Below are positions 46,804 to 53,834 of a DNA stretch of 64,000 bases, one piece after another. The DNA comes from Bacteroidales bacterium (GTDB lineage: Bacteria > Bacteroidota > Bacteroidia > Bacteroidales > UBA10428): NCBI GenBank assembly GCA_016928305.1, contig JAFGKY010000152.1:266-64265 (forward strand), given 5' to 3'. Under the pieces are notes generated by a model. The model was not told the origin of the DNA. It ran no database searches and worked only from the letters and a program-made list of their open reading frames with translations. A program made the translations under genes and the position numbers. The first letter of the stretch is position 1. Every line of letters starts with the position of its first letter.

Positions 46804-49141
46804 AATCGTTTTAAATGAATTTGATTATAATATCGTGAATCAAATAGAATTGTCTGATATAAAAAGTTTAATTCATACAGGGATCATCCCTGAAATTAAA
46901 GGACAAAAACCGGACCGTGATAACACGAATGATCTTGCTGAAATTTTGTTTATTACTTCATATCCACCGCGGGAATGTGGCATAGCAACCTATTCTCATG
47001 ATTTGATTAAGGCGCTTAATAATAAATTCAGTAATTCATTATCCATAAAGGTTTGTGCATTGGAATCAGGAAATGCAAATTATGTCTATCCGAATGAAGT
47101 AAAATACATTCTCAATACCTCATTGGCTGCGGAATATGAAAAACTGGCATTAACTATAAATAAAGACAATCACATTAAAATCGTTTTAATCCAGCATGAA
47201 TTTGGCTTTTTCAACGCACAGGAACAGGCATTTATGCAATTTATATATATACTTTCAAAGCCGGTTGTTGTTGTTTTTCACACGGTACTGCCTCATCCTG
47301 ATGAAAAGTTGAAATCCAAAATAAAGAGTATTGCGGCTGTTTGCGGGTCAATCATCGTAATGACCCACAATTCGGCTAATATTTTAACGAATGAATATGA
47401 TTTGCCGCAACAAAAAATCTCAGTAATAGCCCACGGTACTCATTTGGTTCCCCATGTCAGTAAAAAATATTTGAAGATGAAATACGGACTAAAGGGCCGG
47501 AAAGTTCTTACTACATTTGGTCTGCTTAGTTCCGGAAAGAGCATAGAAACTACCCTTGAAGCATTACCTGCCATTGTTAAACTGATACCGGAAGTAATAT
47601 TTCTGATTATTGGCAAAACGCATCCCGAAATAAAAAAAGTAGAAGGAGAAGTGTACAGGGAAAGGTTGGAGCAAAAAGTTAAACACTTCACTCTTCAGGA
47701 TCATGTCATTTTTATTAATAACTATCTGCCATTACCGGATTTACTCGAATATTTGCAGCTTACCGATATTTACCTGTTTACCACCAACGATCCTAACCAG
47801 GCCGTAAGCGGCACTTTTGCTTATGCCATGAGTTGCGCCTGTCCTATCATTTCAACTCCCATTCCTCATGCAAGGGAAATACTGACTGAGGACACAGGAA
47901 TTATTTTTGATTTTCGAAACTCACAGCAATTATCGGATAGTGTTATCCGGTTACTCAACAATGAACCATTACGAAGGAATATTAGTTCAAATACGTTGCA
48001 GAAAATAGTTTCCACAGCCTGGGAAAATTCTGCCGCTGCACACGCCCTATTGTTCGAAAAAATGAGTGGAGGCAAAATTACAATACGCTATAATCTTCCA
48101 GCCATCAATCTGAACCATCTGAAACAAATGACGACCGGTACCGGGATCATTCAGTTTTCAAAAATCAATCAACCTGATATCGGTTCCGGTTATACCCTGG
48201 ATGATAATGCCAGGGCACTGATAGCCATGTGTATGTATTTTAAATTGACAGGTGATGAAAAGTGCGTTCATTACATCCGAAAATATCTCAGTTTTATAAA
48301 ACGATGCTTGCAGCCTGCCGGCGACTTTTTAAATTATGTAGATAAGGATAACAAATTTACCGGTCAAAACAAAGCCGTTAATTTGGATGACGCAAATGGA
48401 AGAGCTGTCTGGGCTTTAGGATATGCAGTATCATTAATGGGTCTGTTACCCTATGAAATTGTATCAGAGGCCATGACAAGCATTGAAAAATCCCTGCTTC
48501 GTATAGGTACAGTGCATTCTACAAGGGCTATGGCTTTCGCTATTAAAGGGATTTATTACTACTATAGCGCCATCAAGTCTCCTAAAAGTCTCATCCTTAT
48601 AAAAACATTCGCCGATCGTTTAGTTCAGATGTACAGGCATGAATCGAACAAAAAGTGGGAATGGTTTGAGAGTTATCTTACCTATGCCAACAGCATATTG
48701 CCTGAGGCCATGTTATATGCCTGGTTGATAACCGGAGATACCATTTATAAAGATATCGCCGGATCCTCGTTTAATTTTCTATTGTCTCAGACTTTTAATG
48801 AAAACGGGATTGAAGTAATTTCAAACAAAAACTGGCTGTTAAAGGGAAAAGAAGCAGAGCATTTTGGCGAACAACCCATAGATGTTGCATACACCATATT
48901 GGCATTAGGCACATTTTACGATGTATTTCAGATTGAAGATTATCGTGATAAGATGGAAATGGCGTTCAACTGGTTTTTAGGGAACAATCACTTGCATCAG
49001 ATTATTTATAACCCTTGTACTGGCGGATGTTACGACGGACTGGAGGAAACTCAGGTAAACCTCAATCAGGGAGCAGAGTCAACGGTAAGTTACCTGATGG
49101 CAAGATTAACCCTTGAACAGTATAAAGAGAGGTATCTTTAA
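46793..49141 (+). CDS. GT4-family glycosyltransferase fused to a ~380-aa C-terminal alpha/alpha-toroid-like domain
   Basis: 782-aa ORF that overlaps GH130 by 11 nt. The GT4 core covers roughly residues 50-420 (LLSSGKSIE..., ...SGTFAYAMSCACPIISTP). The C-terminal half has six-hairpin-like motifs (YTLDDNARAL, GRAVWALGY, NQGAESTVSYLMA). Confidence 0.8.
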   Translation: MKDEIVLNEFDYNIVNQIELSDIKSLIHTGIIPEIKGQKPDRDNTNDLAEILFITSYPPRECGIATYSHDLIKALNNKFSNSLSIKVCALESGNANYVYPNEVKYILNTSLAAEYEKLALTINKDNHIKIVLIQHEFGFFNAQEQAFMQFIYILSKPVVVVFHTVLPHPDEKLKSKIKSIAAVCGSIIVMTHNSANILTNEYDLPQQKISVIAHGTHLVPHVSKKYLKMKYGLKGRKVLTTFGLLSSGKSIETTLEALPAIVKLIPEVIFLIIGKTHPEIKKVEGEVYRERLEQKVKHFTLQDHVIFINNYLPLPDLLEYLQLTDIYLFTTNDPNQAVSGTFAYAMSCACPIISTPIPHAREILTEDTGIIFDFRNSQQLSDSVIRLLNNEPLRRNISSNTLQKIVSTAWENSAAAHALLFEKMSGGKITIRYNLPAINLNHLKQMTTGTGIIQFSKINQPDIGSGYTLDDNARALIAMCMYFKLTGDEKCVHYIRKYLSFIKRCLQPAGDFLNYVDKDNKFTGQNKAVNLDDANGRAVWALGYAVSLMGLLPYEIVSEAMTSIEKSLLRIGTVHSTRAMAFAIKGIYYYYSAIKSPKSLILIKTFADRLVQMYRHESNKKWEWFESYLTYANSILPEAMLYAWLITGDTIYKDIAGSSFNFLLSQTFNENGIEVISNKNWLLKGKEAEHFGEQPIDVAYTILALGTFYDVFQIEDYRDKMEMAFNWFLGNNHLHQIIYNPCTGGCYDGLEETQVNLNQGAESTVSYLMARLTLEQYKERYL

Positions 49142-49209
49142 TCCAGAAATTGATACCAAAAGGTTAATAAATCAATCATTATATAAAACTCGCATAAAAA
49201 TCAATTAAT

Positions 49210-49395
49210 ATGGAAATTAAATTTGATATCATTTATTGGAATGAACTTAAAAGCAAACTCAATGAGAAATACCCCGTATTAACAAATTCCGATTTGCTGT
49301 GGAGAAATGGTACAGAAGAAGATTTGTTAAGGATGATAGCGCTTAAGCTGAGAAAAACAAAGAAAGAACTGCAGGCAATAATTGAAAGTTTTTAA
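49210..49395 (+). CDS. Small CsbD-like stress protein (weak similarity)
   Basis: 61-aa ORF. The pattern W.ELK.KL.EKYP.LT.SDL....GTEEDLL..IA.KL.KTKKEL resembles the CsbD family layout. Confidence 0.4.
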   Translation: MEIKFDIIYWNELKSKLNEKYPVLTNSDLLWRNGTEEDLLRMIALKLRKTKKELQAIIESF

Positions 49396-49488
49396 CCGTC
49401 AATGAAGATTGTAGTCTTAGAAATAACCAATAATTTAATAAGTATTCAGTATATCGGATATTAAAGCTGATGTCTCAGTTTTAATATG

Positions 49489-49496
49489 TATCTTTG
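49489..49496 (+). promoter_or_regulatory. Bacteroidota -7 box TATCTTTG upstream of csp
   Basis: Exact TAnnTTTG match, 23 nt upstream of the ATG at 49519. It argues against the track start at 49486. Confidence 0.45.
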
Positions 49497-49518
49497 TAAA
49501 ATAATTAAATATCATATT

Positions 49519-49710
49519 ATGAATAACGGAACAGTAAAATTTTTTAATGACTCGAAAGGATTCGGATTTATTAAGGACGCAAATTCAGCGAAAGAGTATT
49601 TTGTACATTCCTCCGGATTACAGGAAAGTATCACGGAGAATGATGAAGTAACGTTCGATCTCGAACAAGGAAAAAAAGGTTTAAATGCAGTAAATGTTAA
49701 ACTAGCTTAG
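49519..49710 (+). CDS. Cold-shock domain protein (CspA family)
   Basis: 63 aa from the ATG at 49519, beginning MNNGTVKFFNDSKGFGFI (RNP1) with FVHSS (RNP2). Confidence 0.9.
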   Translation: MNNGTVKFFNDSKGFGFIKDANSAKEYFVHSSGLQESITENDEVTFDLEQGKKGLNAVNVKLA

Positions 49711-49740
49711 TTTATATATTATAAAACATTTAAAATTTCA

Positions 49741-49767
49741 AGCCTCATGTTAAGTGAGGCTTTTTTT
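49741..49767 (+). terminator. Rho-independent terminator after csp
   Basis: AGCCTCA...TGAGGCT stem (49741-49761) followed by a T7 run. Confidence 0.75.
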
Positions 49768-49819
49768 ATTAAAATCTATGACTGATTTGAAAATTAGGAT
49801 AACACCCAGGTATCAGAAA

Positions 49820-49887
49820 ATGTGTGAATGATGTAATTTTTTCCCAATCTTATGTAACAAACAGGCCGAATTAAGATAGTACATTTA
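49820..49887 (+). promoter_or_regulatory. Operator-promoter module B upstream of the DUF302 gene
   Basis: ATGTGTGAATGATGTAAT-tttttcccaatc-TTATGTAAC lies at 49820-49858. After 21 nt comes TACATTTA at 49880-49887. Confidence 0.75.
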
Positions 49888-50048
49888 TGTAGTTTATTCT
49901 CACGGTACAAATTAAATAATGTGCATTAATTTGACTTTTATCGGGGTGATGAATTTTTTTGATGAAAATTATATCCGGACAAAGATCCCGATCACTTTAT
50001 CCGGAATACCTTTAAGGAACAATTTTGGAAACGAAAAATAAGGGTGAA

Positions 50049-50474
50049 ATGATTTATTATATTAATACAAAACTCCATGCCAGTTTTGAACAAACCGTTC
50101 ATTTTGTCACGGAAGCATTGAAAGTTGAAGGCTTTGGGATTCTGACCGAGATAGATATGCACGAAAAACTGAAGGAAAAACTTGGTGTTGATTTCCGGAA
50201 ATACAAGATTCTGGGTGTGTGCAGCCCGCTTCATGCCTATAAAGCCCTTCAGAAAGATGATAAAATCGGGACCCTGTTACCCTGTAATATTATTATCCAG
50301 GAACTCGCCAGCAACGAGGTTGAAGTTGCCACAGCCGATCCGGTTGCATCCCTGTTGGCTGTCGAAGATTCAGCACTGGCTAACATGGCAAAAGAAATCC
50401 GGGAAAAATTAACCCGGATCATCAGGTCTCTAAAGGATAAAGGTCGTATTCGTTATAACACCTTGAACGGATAA
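50049..50474 (+). CDS. DUF302 domain protein
   Basis: 141 aa from the ATG at 50049 (the track uses the TTG at 50025). The DUF302-like pattern is FEQTVHFVTEALKVEGFGILTEIDMHEKLKEKLGVDFRKYKILGVCSP. Confidence 0.8.
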   Translation: MIYYINTKLHASFEQTVHFVTEALKVEGFGILTEIDMHEKLKEKLGVDFRKYKILGVCSPLHAYKALQKDDKIGTLLPCNIIIQELASNEVEVATADPVASLLAVEDSALANMAKEIREKLTRIIRSLKDKGRIRYNTLNG

Positions 50475-50639
50475 TCTCATGGATAGTAAATAAGATAATA
50501 ATTTCTTCGACTTCTTTAGACAAATCTGTAACTACCGTCATAAATTATACCAATATAATACTATTTTCAAAAAAAGAAAAATCCTTCTTTGATAGTCAAA
50601 ATAAAAATCAAGACACCAAAACTAAGTCGTCCTATATTT

Positions 50640-50750
50640 CTATCGGTTTTTTTCAGCCCGTTTGGCTGCTTTTGCTGCTCTTTTTTCTTTCAGGCTCTTT
50701 GTCGGAGCTTTTTTGTTCTTTTTTTCCCTTGCTTCTTTTTCTTTTACCAT
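50640..50750 (-). CDS. 36-aa highly basic micro-protein (not in ORF track)
   Basis: My own translation is MVKEKEAREKKNKKAPTKSLKEKRAAKAAKRAEKNR*. An exact TACTTTTG box lies 47 nt upstream. It competes with track ORFs 50653-50871(-) and 50589-50771(+), which look like frame artefacts of the same Lys-rich stretch. Confidence 0.35.
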   Translation of the reverse strand: MVKEKEAREKKNKKAPTKSLKEKRAAKAAKRAEKNR

Positions 50751-50797
50751 TTTTTAAATTTTTATGATTAATGAAATAAAGCTTTAAGTTTACCGGA

Positions 50798-50805
50798 CAA
50801 AAGTA
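50798..50805 (-). promoter_or_regulatory. Bacteroidota -7 box TACTTTTG
   Basis: Exact TAnnTTTG match on the minus strand upstream of the 36-aa ORF. Confidence 0.35.
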
Positions 50806-50945
50806 CACCATAACCCTTTTCATTAATCGTGTATAATTCTTCAAGTTATTAACAATATTGGATAGCTGCATTTTAACTTTAACTGTGGCATAATATGGGT
50901 ACAGGAATATGGATATTCTGTGTTCATATTGTTGCTAATGTTATT

Positions 50946-50971
50946 AAACAAAAACGCAGCCGTATGCTGCG
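50946..50971 (-). terminator. Rho-independent terminator candidate after the cupin gene
   Basis: CGCAGC (50955-50960) and GCTGCG (50966-50971) form the stem. TTTTTG follows on the minus strand. Confidence 0.5.
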
Positions 50972-51026
50972 CTTAAAATGCAAGTTTAAATCCTGTAATT
51001 TTCTAACAGGTGTTTTATTGCATTAA

Positions 51027-51377
51027 TTATATTATGCTTCCTTCATAACCACTTTTAATAATGGTTGAAATCATTTTAAACCGTTCATTGGCCTTAACAA
51101 TATTTGATGTATGAGCCGGTATTATTATTGCCTGTCCTGTTTGAAGCATATTCGATTTTTCATCAATCACGACTTCGGCTTTACCCTCAATAATTTGAAG
51201 ATAGGTGTCAAAAGGAGAAATCTTCTCTGCCAACGTTTCACCTGTATCAATGGCCACAATACAAATATTCCCGGTGGTTTTACGGATTATAGTTTTGGTT
51301 ACAACCGAATTAGCGACATACTCGATAATTTCAACCAGGGCATGCGTTTTAGATTTTTCAAATTCGTTAGTTTGCAT
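51027..51377 (-). CDS. Cupin domain protein
   Basis: 116-aa ORF with a small beta-barrel pattern (...DTYLQIIEGKAEVVIDEKSNMLQTGQAIIIPAHTSNIV). Confidence 0.75.
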   Translation of the reverse strand: MQTNEFEKSKTHALVEIIEYVANSVVTKTIIRKTTGNICIVAIDTGETLAEKISPFDTYLQIIEGKAEVVIDEKSNMLQTGQAIIIPAHTSNIVKANERFKMISTIIKSGYEGSII

Positions 51378-51402
51378 GTGTTTACTCTATGAGTATTTAC
51401 AT

Positions 51403-51470
51403 TAAAAGTACGTCAACGGATTTACGAAAGTGTTATACAATTGATAGTTTAATTTACATCATTCACACAT
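51403..51470 (-). promoter_or_regulatory. Operator-promoter module C upstream of the cupin gene
   Basis: On the minus strand ATGTGTGAATGATGTAAA-ttaaactatcaa-TTGTATAAC lies at 51470-51432. After 21 nt comes TACTTTTA at 51410-51403. The module starts 10 nt after the radical-SAM stop. Confidence 0.75.
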
Positions 51471-51479
51471 TTCACAACG

Positions 51480-52976
51480 CTAAGCGGTTTTTTTATTTCG
51501 CAAACCATAAACCATTTGATAATGGTAGCCATAAACTGTATAGGTTATAGCATCAACAATGGATCCGGGCCGGTTGAAAAGGGTCCATAGCAATAATTTC
51601 CAGTATTCACTTCTTCCTCTGTTCAGGAAGCCTATAATATAAACCGATTTAAAGAAAGCCCCCAGAAGTGAAAAGTTAATTTTGGTCTGCCTGTACTTAA
51701 ACCGGTTATAATTCAATAACAACTGGCGTATCCTTTTATAATAAGGCTTGGTTGCATAGATATTATGAATAATTTCTTTATACCCTTTTATAAGTTCACT
51801 TTGATTCATTTTGGGTATGAAATTCATGGAATAATCGGTGTTGTTTCCGGTGGCTTCGGTTGTCAGCCTGTTTTCTACTTCCAACCGTTTGTACAGCCTT
51901 GTATTTTTGGGCGCATTTAACAGTCCGACCATAGCCGATACAATTCCACTTTTTTGTATAAAATCAATTTGTCTTTGAAAAACACTTGGCGTATCACTAT
52001 CAAAACCCACAATAAAACCGCCTGACACATGCATTCCAGCCTTTTGTATTTTAATTACACTTTGTAACAGATCGCGGTTTACATTCTGGTTCTTATTGCA
52101 CTCATGAAGTGAATTTTCATCCGGTGTTTCTATGCCAACAAAGGTGGAGTTAAAACCGGCTTGCACCATCAGTGACATTAATTCCTCGTCGTCAGCCAGA
52201 TTAATGGAAGTTTCGGTATTAAAAACAAACGGGTACTGATGTGCCTGCATCCAATCTTTAATTACCGGGAGTAAACTATTCTTTATCACGTTTTTGTTTC
52301 CAATAAAATTATCGTCAACAATTAATACCGATCCACGCCAATTGAGCTTATACAGCTTTTCAAGCTCGTTTATTATTTGTTCCTTTTTCTTCATTCTGAC
52401 CTTATGCCCCAGCAGTGTTGTTATTTCACAAAAATCACAGGCATAAGGACATCCCCGCGAAACCTGGATATTCATAAAGGCATAGTCTTTCCTTGACAAC
52501 AAATGGTAATCCGGTATCGGGGTATGTGTAATATCAGCATATTCTGCAGTCTTATAAAGTTTTTGCGGATGACCTGCATGCAGATCATTTAAAAACTGAG
52601 GTAAGGTAATTTCAGCTTCATTCAGGACAAAATGATCAATTTGGGGATAGCTTTTATAGTCCTGGGTAAAAAGAGGCCCGCCGGCAACAATTTTCGTATT
52701 GTGTGTTTTACATTCATCAATGATTAAATTAACCGATTCTTTTTGTATGTACATGGCACTTATAAAGACATAATCGGCCCATTGGATGTCACTTGTACGA
52801 AGGGTTGCAACATTCAGATCCACCAGCTTTTTCTGCCACGTCGACGGGAGCATTGCCGATACAGTTATCAATCCTAAGGGTGGTACAGCTGCTTTTTTCG
52901 ATATAAACTTTAACACATGGCTATAACTCCAAAACGAATTTGGATAACGCGGATAAATTAACAGTATTTTCATCAT
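51480..52976 (-). CDS. B12-binding-domain radical SAM protein (DUF4070-type C-terminus)
   Basis: The ATG-ATG at 52976/52973 gives MMKILLIYPRYP. It has an N-terminal B12-binding-like Rossmann domain, the CxxxCxxC motif (CPYACDFC) and a C-terminal extension. The track TTG at 53012 is less likely. Confidence 0.85.
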   Translation of the reverse strand: MMKILLIYPRYPNSFWSYSHVLKFISKKAAVPPLGLITVSAMLPSTWQKKLVDLNVATLRTSDIQWADYVFISAMYIQKESVNLIIDECKTHNTKIVAGGPLFTQDYKSYPQIDHFVLNEAEITLPQFLNDLHAGHPQKLYKTAEYADITHTPIPDYHLLSRKDYAFMNIQVSRGCPYACDFCEITTLLGHKVRMKKKEQIINELEKLYKLNWRGSVLIVDDNFIGNKNVIKNSLLPVIKDWMQAHQYPFVFNTETSINLADDEELMSLMVQAGFNSTFVGIETPDENSLHECNKNQNVNRDLLQSVIKIQKAGMHVSGGFIVGFDSDTPSVFQRQIDFIQKSGIVSAMVGLLNAPKNTRLYKRLEVENRLTTEATGNNTDYSMNFIPKMNQSELIKGYKEIIHNIYATKPYYKRIRQLLLNYNRFKYRQTKINFSLLGAFFKSVYIIGFLNRGRSEYWKLLLWTLFNRPGSIVDAITYTVYGYHYQMVYGLRNKKTA

Positions 52977-53068
52977 TACTTTTATAATTGGCGATCCGCT
53001 TATATATGGCAAGTAAGGTCAGCAGATGAATAACAATGCCGGTTATTAATTTTATAATAGTTGGAATA

Positions 53069-53136
53069 CAAAAATAATGAGACAAAGCAACCGGATTATT
53101 ACATAATTTCAGGAAAAGCTTACATAATTCACACAT
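53069..53136 (-). promoter_or_regulatory. Operator-promoter module D upstream of the radical SAM gene, overlapping the AraC stop codon
   Basis: On the minus strand ATGTGTGAATTATGTAAG-cttttcctgaaa-TTATGTAAT lies at 53136-53098. After 21 nt comes the exact TATTTTTG box at 53076-53069. The regulator's TGA stop is the TGA inside ATGTGTGAA. Confidence 0.8.
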
Positions 53137-53668
53137 TTTCCAGTGTACCCCGCCGCTTATTTTTGAGTTTTTTAAAGTATGAAGGGGTTAACCCGGTAAA
53201 TTTTTTAAATTGATTTGACAAATGGGCTACACTGCTATAATGCAATTTATATGCTATTTCGGTGAGATTAAGTTCATCGTATACCAGCAGCTCTTTTACT
53301 TTTTCTATTTTATGTGTAAGATAAAATTTTTCGATTGTAATCCCTTTAACCTCCGAAAAAAGATTGGCCAGATAAGTATAATCGTAGTTGAGTTTTTCAC
53401 TCAGGTAGTCCGAAAGGTTCACCCTGATTTGCTCTTCTGTATAGTGTACCAGTTCGATAATAGCACTTTTAATTTTCTCAACCAGAATACTTCTTTTATT
53501 ATCCATCAGAAGAAGTCCTGATGTTTTTAAAGCGATATCCAACTGCTTCACTTGTTCCGGTGAGATATCTTCAATGATATCCGCCTCTCCGATTTTTACA
53601 TCAACATAACGGATACCAAGTTTTTCCAGCTCGGATTTTACTACCATCTGGCAACGGATACAGACCAT
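53129..53668 (-). CDS. AraC-family transcriptional regulator with N-terminal HMA-like (CxxC) domain
   Basis: The ATG at 53668 gives MVCIRCQMVVKSELEKLGI..., a ferredoxin-like HMA pattern with CIRC. The C-terminal AraC HTH reads LTEIAYKLHYSSVAHLSNQFKKFTGLTPSYF. The track start at 53752 adds 28 unlikely residues. Confidence 0.8.
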   Translation of the reverse strand: MVCIRCQMVVKSELEKLGIRYVDVKIGEADIIEDISPEQVKQLDIALKTSGLLLMDNKRSILVEKIKSAIIELVHYTEEQIRVNLSDYLSEKLNYDYTYLANLFSEVKGITIEKFYLTHKIEKVKELLVYDELNLTEIAYKLHYSSVAHLSNQFKKFTGLTPSYFKKLKNKRRGTLENV

Positions 53669-53722
53669 ATTTTGGATGTAGAGTTTCACGAGATATAAAT
53701 AGCAAATTAGATTTGAAATACT

Positions 53723-53787
53723 GTCAAAGACAAAGTTATGAAAATTATGCAAGGAGTTGATTTATAATCGTTGGCTTTGTCTTTGAC
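53723..53787. repeat. 13-bp perfect inverted repeat flanking TTATG-type boxes upstream of the AraC gene
   Basis: The arms are GTCAAAGACAAAG (53723-53735) and CTTTGTCTTTGAC (53775-53787). The 39-nt interior starts TTATGAAAATTATGCAAG. Confidence 0.7.
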
Positions 53788-53834
53788 CGGACTCAACTGC
53801 AAGTGTTGCCTTATTGCTTTGACCTCACAGGGAT

